A DNA stretch of 64,000 nt. Origin: Macrostomum lignano (Eukaryota). The stretch spans positions 1-64,000 of the forward strand of contig NIVC01002082.1 in the NCBI GenBank assembly GCA_002269645.1, in the 5' to 3' direction. The translations under genes and the position numbers were made by a program. Below the pieces are notes generated by a model, which was given only the letters and a program-made list of their open reading frames with translations, was not told the DNA's origin and did no database searches. Positions 1 through 10,589 of the stretch are shown here, piece after piece; the stretch's first letter is position 1, and each line of letters starts with the position of its first letter.

Positions 1-247
1 CCAACGCAACTCCACAACCCCAAGACCAACCGCCCTCAACAGGAAAAGGAATTTCTGAAATCTACAAGCGAGTAGCGGTTCTTCTAGGAGCAGCAAAGAC
101 CGGAATGAAAGATGAAATAGAAAAGAATTTGTCAACATCCTGGACAAAATGATGGAAAAGAAGTATATTGACAAACGGGCGAGAGAGCTTCTGCTTTCGC
201 GTTCAACAAAAAATAATTTATTTCAAGTAAAAATGCCGATTACTTTT
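1..247 (+). CDS. C-terminal part of a Polinton-type ORF, one frameshift near 120
   Basis: Joining frames gives IYKRVAVLLGAAKTGMKDEIEK/EFVNILDKMMEKKYI, resembling the RLxLLxG..AGN...E...ILD.L motif I recall from Polinton ORFs. Confidence 0.45.
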
Positions 248-640
248 TGAGAAAGACGTGGACAAATACTATGACAAAGAGGAACTTAATCTCATTAAAC
301 GCGGATCTGGACTTTTCCCTGCAGGCCACTATCCAAGAAAAGAACGCTCTGGGAAGGCTTGCCGATTTGATCGCTCAGGGGGCCAAGATTTTAAGGTCAT
401 TGGAGAGAACAAAGAGAACATCAAGAACGTTGCCGAAGCGGCTGCAGTGTAGCCACAGCAGCCAAAAAGATAAAGGATACTGTAACACCTAAACAAGAGA
501 TTCAGCCTCCACTGCCCCGCTGGCTCCATTGGCCCCAAATCCAGACAGCAGTGTGGACCCTGCAGCTATGAGAAGATGAGGGCTAGCCATTAAAAAAGAA
601 GTGGTTTCAAATTTGACTAAAGGGTACTTTCCGAGGAGTA
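233..640 (+). CDS. Small frameshifted viral ORF with GxG motifs (possible virion core protein)
   Basis: ATG in A-rich context at 233; fragments KRGSGL, RSGK/GLADLIAQGAKI and ENKENIKNVAEAAA lie in alternating frames. Confidence 0.35.
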
Positions 641-641
641 C

Positions 642-802
642 AATGACACATCTAAGTCCCAAAATGACACATCTAAGTCCCAAAATGACACATCTAAGTC
701 CCGAAATGACACATCTAAGTCCCGAAAATGACACATTAAGTACCAAAATGACACATCTAAGTCCCAAAATGACACATCTAAGTCCCGAAATGACACATCT
801 AA
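642..802 (+). repeat. 21-bp tandem repeat, about 8 copies, AATGACACATCTAAGTCCC(A/G)A
   Basis: Directly visible; accounts for ORFs 601..834 and 489..767. Confidence 0.95.
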
Positions 803-839
803 ATTATTTATTATTTAAATTTTTTTCATCATAGAAAAA

Positions 840-1637
840 ATGGACTTTTCAAACGACTTCAATCCTCACTGGACGCGTAATCAGATTAAGTTTTCTCATC
901 ACGAGTCAATCCCGAGTCACTTCAGATGCATTGTTGTTGGTTCATCAGGTTCAGGTAAAACATTCAGAGTCTTTAACATGCTTCTTAGACCTGGCTTTAT
1001 CGACTATGACACTCTGCACATCTACTCTCCCACACTGTATCAAGATGAGTATAAATGCTGATTTCTGGATTGCAAAACAAACTGCACAAAGAGGACATTA
1101 TTGCATGTTTTAATAACCAAATGAGCCTTCCCAGTAACCCTGAAATTGTAGCTGCTGAATATGCAAAGCACCTCAAAGACAATGAAAAATGGCAGAACAT
1201 TAAAGTGTTCACCTATGGAGATCCACAGGCTGATCAAAGACCAAACTTCTACCCCAACCAGATGAGCTAGAAAAGGGGAGAAAGCATTTGATCGTTTTGA
1301 TGATTGTATGACAGGCCCACAGAAGCAGATAGAAAACTATTTTACAAGAGGGCGACATAACAATTGTAATGTAATTTACATTGCACAGAATTGCGTCGAG
1401 CTCCCGAACAAAACAATTCGTGGGAACTGCAATCTGATTCTCCTGTTTCCAACCATTCCACAGGACAGGTTAAAAAGATTTTACAATGAGGTCATTGCGC
1501 CTGCCTATTTCATAAATCCAACAAAAAACTCAAGCAGAAAGATTTCACAAGAGGAATTCGTTAATCTTTGCTATGACAAGTGGAATCAGCCTTACCAGTT
1601 TGTGATTATCAGCAAAGAAAAAAGAACTGTAATTTAA
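840..1637 (+). CDS. Polinton DNA-packaging ATPase (A32/FtsK-like), about 3 frameshifts
   Basis: Walker A CIVVGSSGSGKT; Walker B HLIVFDDCM restored by one T at about 1297; RGRHNN arginine-finger motif followed by VIYIAQN. Confidence 0.9.
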
Positions 1638-1653
1638 AATTTGCTATTAAAAG

Positions 1654-2469
1654 ATGTCGATAAACTTTGCAGGTGAATCCATTTCTGGCAACAGCGCTCT
1701 TACATCAGCTCAGATATCCATCCTTGACAGGCGATATATCAACAGCGACGAAAAGATCCCAGAGATCAAACTGAATAAAAACAGACTGAAAGCCCTAGAG
1801 CGCTCCATCACCATTGCAAATAAACATGGAAGATCTCAGGCTTAAAGTAGCTAGCAGAAGTTTGAAGTGATAAGCTTTATGTGCCGTTGTTAAACGCAAC
1901 TAATGAACTAAGGTCAGAAATAACTTCGATAGTCTCGCTAATCAACGGCTTGAGATCATCAGTTAATCTTCTGCGGAAATTCCATTGATAGACGGATGCG
2001 TATTCTCGAAGGAGGAGTTTTCACAAACACAGCTAAAGTAAATAATTTAGAAGAGTTCATGACTCGGTCAACAGCGTTGCATGATAGAATTAAAGAAAAC
2101 GTCGCAACCAACACAGTTAAAGTCAATAATTTAGAAGAGTTCATGACTCAGTCAACATCGTTGCATGATAGAATTAAAGAAAGTCTTGAAGCATTAAAGA
2201 GAAAGGATGTATCACACAGTAGCTATCTAAACGGAATGTATAGCTCTTGGGGTAAAATAATAAGGAGGCTTGATCGTCTGGAGAGAACACTCAATCTTCG
2301 TGATATTGCTATTGATGAAGCAGAATCTGCTGCTCGTCCGGTCATGTCTACAGATCGAGTAGAAGGAGCTCTGGACCCCGACGGAGTAATCCGGCACGCT
2401 CTCAAACGTCAGCCGCCCAGCCGCTGCCTGCTGGACTCGCGATCCTCCGGCGTCACGAGAGCCGCCTAG
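1654..2469 (+). CDS. Frameshifted coiled-coil-like viral protein with an internal 84-bp duplication
   Basis: ORFs 1654..1845 and 1996..2469 can be joined through intermediate frames; T(A/V)KVNNLEEFMTxSTxLHDRIKE occurs twice, 28 aa apart. Confidence 0.5.
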
Positions 2470-2562
2470 ACAACCGGCGGTGCAGATGGAATTATCAAAA
2501 AGAAAACAGATCTTTCAACCGGATAGTTTTATAATTTTTTTTATTTTTTCTAGAGAAAAAAA

Positions 2563-3333
2563 ATGGCCCAACAAAATTCTCTATACGATCAGTCTCAATA
2601 CGTTGAACCTAAAATACCGACAGCACCAAACTCAATGGCACCGAATTCGAACACACAAAACCTGGCACCGAATCTGAATGCACCCCAATATGAGCAACAA
2701 AAACTCTACCCCGTCATTACTTGTAACTCTCAGCAGTTTCGACTAGTGGAGATTCAAAAAATGCGTGATGATCTTGAAAAAAATATTTTCCACAACACAA
2801 AGAAAATTAAGCGCTATGACAACCACTGTAAATTTTTCGACTACAGCAATATGATTCTAGGATCTGTGTCTGTTCTATCTGGATCTGCTGCAGCTGTCTC
2901 AGTGTTGCCAGTCATCACAGCCCCAATCGCAATCCCACTCGGCTCTGTGGGTGCTGCATGTGGACTTATTTCAGCAATTACTGGAGCATTAGCGCGAAAC
3001 AGGCGAAAAAAACTAAAGCAGCTACAGGAGAAGCAAGTAAAAGAGAAAGGGGTGCACACTTCAATCATAGGGTACATTTCAAGGGCAATCGAGGATAAGT
3101 TCATTTCAGAGGATGAGTTCAAAACCATTCAGGATCTTTATGAACAATCAATTCGAATGAACTTGAACATGGTCGGTACTGATGACATGAGTCAGCTGAG
3201 AAATGAACTCGAGAAAGTTCTTCAACATTATGCGGAAAGAAAGTGGCGAAAAATTCGGCAAGAACGTAAGAAGGACGACGAGAAATGCACAATGAACCCC
3301 TATGAAACACAGCCAAGAATAATTTCCTTGTAG
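2563..3333 (+). CDS. Polinton membrane-associated protein (256 aa) with hydrophobic hairpin and ISEDEF motif
   Basis: LYP...FRL.EI motif, hydrophobic segment MILGSVSVLSG...ITGALA, basic RNRRKKLK and SRAIEDKFISEDEF; a pattern I recall from invertebrate Polintons. Confidence 0.75.
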   Translation: MAQQNSLYDQSQYVEPKIPTAPNSMAPNSNTQNLAPNLNAPQYEQQKLYPVITCNSQQFRLVEIQKMRDDLEKNIFHNTKKIKRYDNHCKFFDYSNMILGSVSVLSGSAAAVSVLPVITAPIAIPLGSVGAACGLISAITGALARNRRKKLKQLQEKQVKEKGVHTSIIGYISRAIEDKFISEDEFKTIQDLYEQSIRMNLNMVGTDDMSQLRNELEKVLQHYAERKWRKIRQERKKDDEKCTMNPYETQPRIISL

Positions 3334-3703
3334 GTCTTTCGTGTTTTTGGTCATTGCATACAAAACAGTCATGCACAGCTCACCGCAAATATCACTGCTA
3401 AGACCTTGGAGAATAAAGTCTGAGCGATAAATTTTTTTTATTATTTTTTCCCTTCATATAATTTCTTAGCTCTTCTGGTACTGCCGTCCCATAGCTATCG
3501 AAGTAATAACACTTGTGCTTGCGATCGGGATCAATCACCCAGCAAACCCAATGAGATCCTGGCTTATCGGTAGTGTCAAAGTTCATGATGCCGCATTCTT
3601 TTCTTAGAGGAAAATCAGGCAGAGTGTCTCTCATAAATATTCCTCTAAAGTTTGGGATTTCCAGTTCGTTAGCCAAATCTTCAAGAAAGTTATTTGTCGT
3701 CAT
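3300..3703 (-). CDS. Adenain-like cysteine protease, frameshifted near 3430 and 3340
   Basis: PNFRGIFMRDTLP, GSHW (His) and YFDSYG (Asp); QGLSSDICG (Cys codon 3385-3387) lies in the next frame. Confidence 0.9.
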
Positions 3704-3777
3704 TTTTTTATGAGGTTTATTAAACTTTCTCTTAAACCTAAACCTAAACTCCACCTCCTAAACCAAACCTCCTAAGC

Positions 3778-6700
3778 TTAATCTCCACCTCCTAAACCTA
3801 ATCTCCAGTGCCCGAACGGTAGACTGTTAATGTTGTCATCAAAAATGAATCTCTTGTTATCTGCACCTGACAGTCCAATCTTCTTTTGCTGAATTGTGTG
3901 AATAATATGGTTTTTAGATTGTAGCTTTGAGAACTCATGTGATGTCTTTTTGTTGCAATTCAAGGCGTCTCTGTATTCAGCTTCATTAATTTCCTTCCTA
4001 ACCACACGTTTCGGAATTCCCTTTGATTTTTTAATTGGGTCTGACGACTCACATTTTACAAAATAGGACTTTGCTCTCAACCCAATGAATTCAGTGATTA
4101 TGTCACCAGCAATCTCGTCCTTCATTTTCCCAATCACTTTCTTGTTAGTGGCGTCAAACACTTGATCGCCATTCTGTGTCCTGAAAGATTCATCATACTC
4201 AGACAAGTCAAACAATCTTTTTGCTGCAGCATGTCCTGATAAATGTCTTCTGTTTGAATGTCCATAATAAAACTGTCTGTGTCAGTGTACAAGAGTTTCA
4301 TTTTATCCTTGTACTGCTGCTTCATGCCATAGAAGAACTGGTACATCAGACGTTTTGATTCGTCGAGAACAGTGACACCTGTATAGATCGGCTTGCGCAG
4401 CGTCACCTTGGTTTTGTAAAATATGATCACACCTAAGTAGCTATTAAAGATATGGAGTTCTTTGAATGTTGGCTTTGACATATTTGCCTGAATAACAGCA
4501 GGCTCTGATGAGGTAACAAGTTTCAGGTTTGTTCTTTTCCGCTCATTCTCAAGAGTCTTGCCATAGACAGAGTTGTTGGCCAACTTAAAGAGGTTCTTGT
4601 CAAAGTCGTTGGTTGCTTTGGTCCTAAACTGGGTGTTCTTATCAATGTAGGGTTTCATCCACGCTTCCTCTGTAAATGTAAGAGCCCTGTGAACTTTGGT
4701 GACCCTGCAACCAAGTGAGATAAAATACTGAAGCAGTTTGTAATGGATTTTGTAACGTGTCTTGTTGTTTAGATTCTGTGTTAGTTTCTCTGTATGTTCT
4801 TTTTCTGTTCCTGACAGGTGCCAAGTTCCATTATTATCATTGGGAGTTTCGATTATTTTCGGGCACTTGATGTTCTCTGGGAAGGGTGGAAAGTCAGAGA
4901 AATAGTCGTGAAGCTCTGGTGGAATGTAAACATCAACCTCATAAATGGCAGCCAATGAAAAGTCCTTTGAATTCTGATGAGGGTAGCCATCGAAAATCTC
5001 TAACTGGAAGATCTTGACTCATCGCCCACCCGTAGAGATTATTAGCGTCCAAGTAAGTAATGTAGTTTGAGGGCTGCTCCTTATTGTAAGATTCAATGTA
5101 GGGATTGTTTGCTTTTGCATACCTGTTAACGCAAATTGAGATCCCCCTCGCTTTGACGATTCGACAAAATTGTACATGTCAATGTCTGTAAGAAGTTCAA
5201 TGTACCAATCTGGATCTTGATCCCATTTCATTTTAAGCAAAGATTCCCAGCTAGTGGCAGGCAGAGACACATAATGTGCTGGATCGAGGCCATATGCTGT
5301 GTACCAGGTGTATCTGAAGGTTTCAAACACATCGGCCAGCAGAAACACATCTGTGAAGAGGTAAAGCAGGTGATACTGGAAGAAGTTTTGACAATTAAAG
5401 TAATTATAGACATGCTTCGCGTGCTCATAGTCTTTGTCAGAGATTCCAGAGTCTGTTAGCTTTGAAAAGAACTTCTCCTGTGGTGGTAAACCTTCTTCAA
5501 ATACGTGATACCCAGTAATATTTTCATAGGGGTAGAAGCCTTTCTTTCTTAAAAGTTTAAATGATTCATCAGTGTTGTTAATTTTACTTGCAAACATCTT
5601 TGTATATGTACATTGTTCATCTTTTAGATTCTTGCTTAGTTCGTCTAGACTGGCAGCTAGAAATTGATATGAATCCTTCAGTCTTATTTTACCTGTACCC
5701 GAATTATCCTGTTTAATATCAACACACTTAAACTTCTCCTTGTTCTCTGCGATGCAGTCAAGGTGTATGTCTGGAATCATGCCGATTTTTTCAACTATTA
5801 AATGCATGTCATAGTTCTTTGCGTTGTGACAAAATATCGTTAGATCATGAATGTTCGATTTTAGCTTTAGATTACAGGTGTTATGCGCTGCACCTCTAAA
5901 TTTCCCAGTAAAGTGGCAGTGGTCCCTAACGGTGGGGTTTTTAATATTAGTGCAAGTTAAATGTTTCCTGCAGATGTGGCAATGAGTTGCTGATAGGAAA
6001 TTGCTTTCATCCTCCTCAGTCATCATTATTGGAACAGGTTGAAGGGTGCTAATCACTCTTTGCAACTCTAACATTCTGGCAATAAACTGCTCCACACACT
6101 GCTCTCCAAAGAAATAATTATACTCAACAAGTCCTTTTGTATTAATAAAGGCATATGCTACTGAATTGGGGACATGTTTTTGAGTTTGAGTTTGTTTTTG
6201 AGTTTGAGTTTGTTTTTGAGTTTGTTTTTGTGTTTCCGGCATGATTGAGCATTCGAAATCAGCATATACAACAAATGGGAGCTTCTCCATCTTGTGATAG
6301 TTCTTAAACCGGAGATACTTCTCTTCAGCTGAAGGAAGAGAGCAGTTTGTCGGGTGATCCTCGCATGATAATTCATGCTCTGTTAGTTTTTCAAAGCGTT
6401 CAGGTCCACTGTAATGCTTAAGGCACAAGCGGCAGATGGCAACAGCCTCGTGATGATTATTCAACTGCTTGTGAATGAGTCTTGAAAGATCTTTAATCCA
6501 AACATAGTGAGCCTCCTCTAGTAAATTACCAATCACTAGAAGATCCACTTCAGTCCGCCTTTTCCCCTCAGGATCTAAAACGTCTTTGCTACATCTGACC
6601 GGTTGAACTTTCTCAGTTTTTTCACTCCACTCAAAGACTGTGATTCTAATTTTGTTATTAAACACTTCTTCTAGCTTTGGGATCTGAGAATCGCCAAGCC

Positions 6701-7639
6701 TCCTTTGTCAAACCTGATTCCCTTCTTTTCGCATTCGATGAGATAGTAGTTGAAATAATTTTGATAATTTGAGGTTCTTTCGGGGTGGTGAGGGACACTA
6801 TCATAAAGAAGTGCAGAAAGAACTGCCCATAGAGCACAGCAATTGTCTTTATTTTTAACATTTATGCAAGCTTTTTTACCGGCTAGCTTATGCGGGAGCT
6901 CTATATAAGAGGAGGCTTTAAGTGGGTCATATTTCATGACCATGACAGTCGCTCTTTGAATCCCTCCCACGACCCATCCGGAACCTCTGGATGTAAACGC
7001 TTCAATTTTCTTAGTGACATCTTGAAGGAAAGGATCCAGTGTGTCAGTAGGGGTGAATGGCTTTGCCTTTGTTGTCATGTAATACTCGAGATGCTCAGTG
7101 GGTTTTGCAGGCATATAAAACGCAATCTTGAATGATATCTGTAGTTTAAAGGTCTTGCGTGTTTTGAGTGTGTGATCAACAACTGATTGGATGCTGTCTT
7201 TATAGTCGTAGATGTTTGCGGTGGTGCTGTTTATTGGGATTGTGTACTCTATGTAATGTTCTGTAAACTTCCTCTGTGCAAAATTAATCTCTTCAATGGC
7301 AAGCTCCGACTCTTTTAAATGGATTAATTGCTCTAATTTCTCTTGTTCCTGCTTATTTTGTGGGTACTTTGTTTTTTCACCAGTGAGAGTTTCGTATTTG
7401 TTAACTAAGTTGCGACTCCTCTCTTGGTGTTCCTTTGCAGGATTTTTTATAGGCGCATACTGGTTGGATTCTAATTGATTGATGATTTCCAACTGTTTTT
7501 CATAGCTTCCCAGGTGACCAGGGTCGGTGTTGAACTTTTGTTTGTATGCTTCTCTTAGTGAATTACTTTTGTCTTGAAATGAGACGCCTTTTGAAAAATA
7601 TTTGTTAACTAAATCTCTTGCTGGATTGGCTTTTGGCAT
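3778..7639 (-). CDS. Protein-primed family B DNA polymerase, about 1,290 aa, at least 4 frameshifts
   Basis: GSGW N-terminal motif; zinc-finger/endonuclease VII-like DHCHFTGKFRGAAHNTCN; Exo motifs YADFE, HNAKNYD, YLFTDVFLLAD; polymerase motifs YLDANNLYGWAM, KLANNSVYGK, YTDTDS, RAKSY, KSKG. Confidence 0.97.
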
Positions 7640-7764
7640 TTTTTTTCTCTAAAATAAAAAAAATTTTTGAGGGTGACCACCCTGATAGAAAAGTTGAACT
7701 GTTTCTACATCCTATCAGTAGTATTAGGTTTATGAAGCTGGATAAAGTGGGGTTTTAAACCTCA

Positions 7765-8220
7765 TCACATGCGCATTATTGTAAACCCAGCATTGTGCAG
7801 TGTCATGATGGCTTTGACAATGTCAGACTTGCTTACAGAATTTTCATGCTCAAAATCATCATGATCATCACAATCGGGGCAGCCCTCTCCTGCCTTAATT
7901 GTTATACCTTTGTCTCTTGCAATCTTTTGCAATTCTAGCTGGTGGGCTCTATCATTCCCAGCTTTAACAGCAGTTGCTACACCTCCAGCTACACCACCTG
8001 CGGCACTCACAGCGCCTGCAATGATCGGAATAAGAGCTGCTAATGGTAGGATTCCTCCTGACTTTTCATCTGTGATGCTGTGTCTTTGCTCATTACACTG
8101 AAGTATTTGCTGCGTGGGATCGATTTTTACTTTGATACCTTTAATTGATATAAGACCTGGTTTCTTTGATTCAATGATTTTATTGAGTTTATTGATGGTT
8201 CTGGTTTCAATCTTTGTCAT
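7765..8220 (-). CDS. Adenovirus pX-like virion core protein
   Basis: GGILPLAALIPIIAGAVSAAGGVAGGVA closely resembles the adenovirus pX C-terminus as recalled (GGILPLLIPLIAAAIGAVPGIASVA). Confidence 0.8.
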   Translation of the reverse strand: MTKIETRTINKLNKIIESKKPGLISIKGIKVKIDPTQQILQCNEQRHSITDEKSGGILPLAALIPIIAGAVSAAGGVAGGVATAVKAGNDRAHQLELQKIARDKGITIKAGEGCPDCDDHDDFEHENSVSKSDIVKAIMTLHNAGFTIMRM

Positions 8221-8236
8221 TTTTTATTTTAATATT

Positions 8237-9274
8237 TTAATTAATTTCCGTGTCAGCTGGTATCACTAGGAGTTCAGCTCTAGTGAATGACCGCGTGGGG
8301 GATTTAGGGTTAAAGGTTTGAGATAAAAAGTAATAGTCTCCAGAGTCGGAGGTAAAATGTCTGTCTATTTTATGTACATCAAGGCTGAAGTATGGATCTG
8401 TAGCTCTTCTTTTGGTGTCTTTCTCTAGCTCTCCAGGTAGATATAAAAAGCGTAGAAACTCAGAGTTTGTCAGTATGTATGGTGATTCAACTCCTGGAAG
8501 CTTAGGGTAGTTCGAGGTGTGTTTTGTGTTGTGTGTGTTGTGTGGGGTTGTCGTGTTGTTGTCTGTTTTATGAGATGACTTAAGTTCGACAGTGTCTTGT
8601 TTAATTGCATGGGACGGTTTCAATCCAGTCATACGTGTGACTTCATTGTTCAGTTGCTCTATAACAGTGGGGAGCCGGTCTGTCCATTTTGAATAGTACT
8701 GACCACTTTTTAGTTTCAGCTCCTCAGCTGTCTGCTTAGTGAATAGCCTCTTGGCTAGAGTTAGATTGAATCTCTCAACGTACGCTTGGTCTCTGTGCAA
8801 GTTTGTTCTGCCATAGCGAATCTCTGTATTGTGCTTTTCCATAAGGGATTTCACTGCACCCATGAATTCCTTACCCGGGTCGGTCATGAACATTTCAGGG
8901 TAACTAAGGGGTGAGTTTTTATAAATATCTTGCAGTGCGCTGGCAACAACCTCTGACTTCTTCGTCTTGAGTGGGCGAGCTTCCTTATATCTGGAAGCAA
9001 TGTCAATAATTGTAAGAGCATACTTGTAACCTGAGTCATTGGGGAGAAACAATAAGTCTGCTTGGTGCGCTTCATTAGGTTTATAGATGCTAAAGTGAGG
9101 TCTCGTAAATTGAACAGGTGGGAAATAGACTTGGTAGACTGCTTGCTTAGAGAGCCACTTTTCTACTTTAGCTTTTGGTTCCTTACTTAGTTCTGCGAGT
9201 TTGGTGACTGCATTTTTTCCTACAAAGAATCCTTTGTCGCTGTAGTAGAGTTTTTTAAGTTTCTGATCTGTCAT
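8237..9274 (-). CDS. Retroviral-type (rve) DDE integrase, intact, 345 aa from MTDQ
   Basis: QADL (D), MTDPGKEF (D), VERFN (E); C-terminal RRATDPYFS; no chromodomain seen. Confidence 0.95.
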   Translation of the reverse strand: MTDQKLKKLYYSDKGFFVGKNAVTKLAELSKEPKAKVEKWLSKQAVYQVYFPPVQFTRPHFSIYKPNEAHQADLLFLPNDSGYKYALTIIDIASRYKEARPLKTKKSEVVASALQDIYKNSPLSYPEMFMTDPGKEFMGAVKSLMEKHNTEIRYGRTNLHRDQAYVERFNLTLAKRLFTKQTAEELKLKSGQYYSKWTDRLPTVIEQLNNEVTRMTGLKPSHAIKQDTVELKSSHKTDNNTTTPHNTHNTKHTSNYPKLPGVESPYILTNSEFLRFLYLPGELEKDTKRRATDPYFSLDVHKIDRHFTSDSGDYYFLSQTFNPKSPTRSFTRAELLVIPADTEIN

Positions 9275-9304
9275 TTTTTTAAAAAGAAAATTTAAAATAA
9301 AATA

Positions 9305-9784
9305 ATGCAACGCTCTGGTGGTAAGTTAGATTCACATGGACTGATAGAAAAGCTTCCTCATCCAAACAAAGGCTGGACACTTCCCGGCTATAAATATTGC
9401 GGGCCTTTGAATCCACTTGAAATACAGTTAGATAAAAACAATAATCCACATCCTGGGCATGAGCCTGTGAACGAGCTAGACTCTGTCTGCATGTGGCACG
9501 ATGTTAAATATAGAGATTTTCCTGAGGAGAAGAATCGCTGGGACAAAGAAATGCTTAAGAGACTAGACAATATAGGGGCTTCAAGCGGATTTCGTGAGTC
9601 GATCGCTCGGAAGCTAGTTAAAGCTGTTATTTTTAGTAAAACAAAGTTGGGGTTGGGGGTTGAAGGCGAGGGCGGGTGCACAGGGAGAGAGGGCTGGTGC
9701 ACGGGAGCAGGGTTTATTTTGTGTGCTCCAAACAATGAATTGGGAAGACTGTTGAAAGAGCTGGGGGTTGAGAGAGGCGCTTGA
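9305..9784 (+). CDS. Parvovirus VP1u-type phospholipase A2
   Basis: LPGYKYCGP calcium loop; PVNELD..C..HD..Y catalytic motif; D(K)EML; K.KLGLG. Confidence 0.9.
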   Translation: MQRSGGKLDSHGLIEKLPHPNKGWTLPGYKYCGPLNPLEIQLDKNNNPHPGHEPVNELDSVCMWHDVKYRDFPEEKNRWDKEMLKRLDNIGASSGFRESIARKLVKAVIFSKTKLGLGVEGEGGCTGREGWCTGAGFILCAPNNELGRLLKELGVERGA

Positions 9785-10109
9785 GTCGGGAAAGATTATT
9801 CGCAGCCAAGCGCAACAGCTGCATTTTGAAAAGGGGTGGGGTAACTGCTATTTGCTGAGGGAGCGCAGCTTTTGCGAATGTACAAGTTCCACGCGTGCTT
9901 TCCTTTCCTTTCCTTTCTTTCCTTTGTATTGCGCACGCCAAATAACGAATTAGAAAGACTGCTGAACAGTTTACATTGATAAACAACTGAAAGACTGAAG
10001 CGACAGATTATAGTCGCTATATAGTTTATTAGTTTATTATAGTTTTTCATGTGGTAAGCAACGTGGCAACAACAGAGCATGCAGCAGAAGACAGAATGCC
10101 TATCTTAGG

Positions 10110-10419
10110 TAAATAATAATAATAATTGATTACACCTGCCCAATGGGCAGATGTGCAACCGACAGCTCAGCCGCAGCTATTGCGCGGCGCATCTGAAGGC
10201 TGCGTGCGTCTGTTCAGTCCAAGGACTGGGGGGTCGCCACACACACCCTCAATTACCCCAGCTAATGCTGGCACCCATTTTACAGCTGCGTGAACTGAAG
10301 CAATGCAGAGTTAAGTGCCTTGCTCAAAGACACAGATTGTTGCAGTGGGATCGGGAATCGAACCCTCAACCTTCATTCAACTAGTGAGTCCGACGCCCTA
10401 ACCACTAGGCTACAACCCC
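10110..10419 (-). mobile_element. tRNA-derived CORE-type SINE inserted in the Polinton
   Basis: Minus strand: A box TAGCCTAGTGGTTAGG, B box GGTTCGATTCCC, CORE-like TTGAGCAAGGCACTTAAC...CTGTAAAATGGG, (TTA)n tail; homologous to 62916..63220. Confidence 0.88.
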
Positions 10420-10448
10420 GTATGTGCAGGGTCTTAACTATGCAACAA

Positions 10449-10455
10449 TATAAAA
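10449..10455 (+). promoter_or_regulatory. TATA box upstream of the hairpin array
   Basis: TATAAAA(G), about 135 bp before the first palindrome. Confidence 0.4.
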
Positions 10456-10589
10456 GGTTTCAGGGTGAGCGCCTGCTTTTTCTCCAGCCCTTCTCTCACC
10501 CGTCTTGCCCTACCGCCTCTCATTCCAAGCCTGTCCTCTGGGTGCCTCTCTCTCTTCGCAACTAGCTCTACGCTCTCCTAGTCAAACAG

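Noticed and set aside
3728-3805. TTTAGG telomere-like units at the PolB/protease junction
   Set aside because: Short and explained by a 16-bp duplication of the GLGGG-coding end of PolB
4974-5012. CTGATGA...CGAAA hammerhead-like core, antisense to PolB
   Set aside because: No adequate stem II or III and no NUH pairing; chance match in coding sequence
10280-10419. tRNA genes (also near 55.8 and 62.9 kb)
   Set aside because: tRNA-like A/B boxes run into a CORE domain and repeat tail, so these are SINE heads
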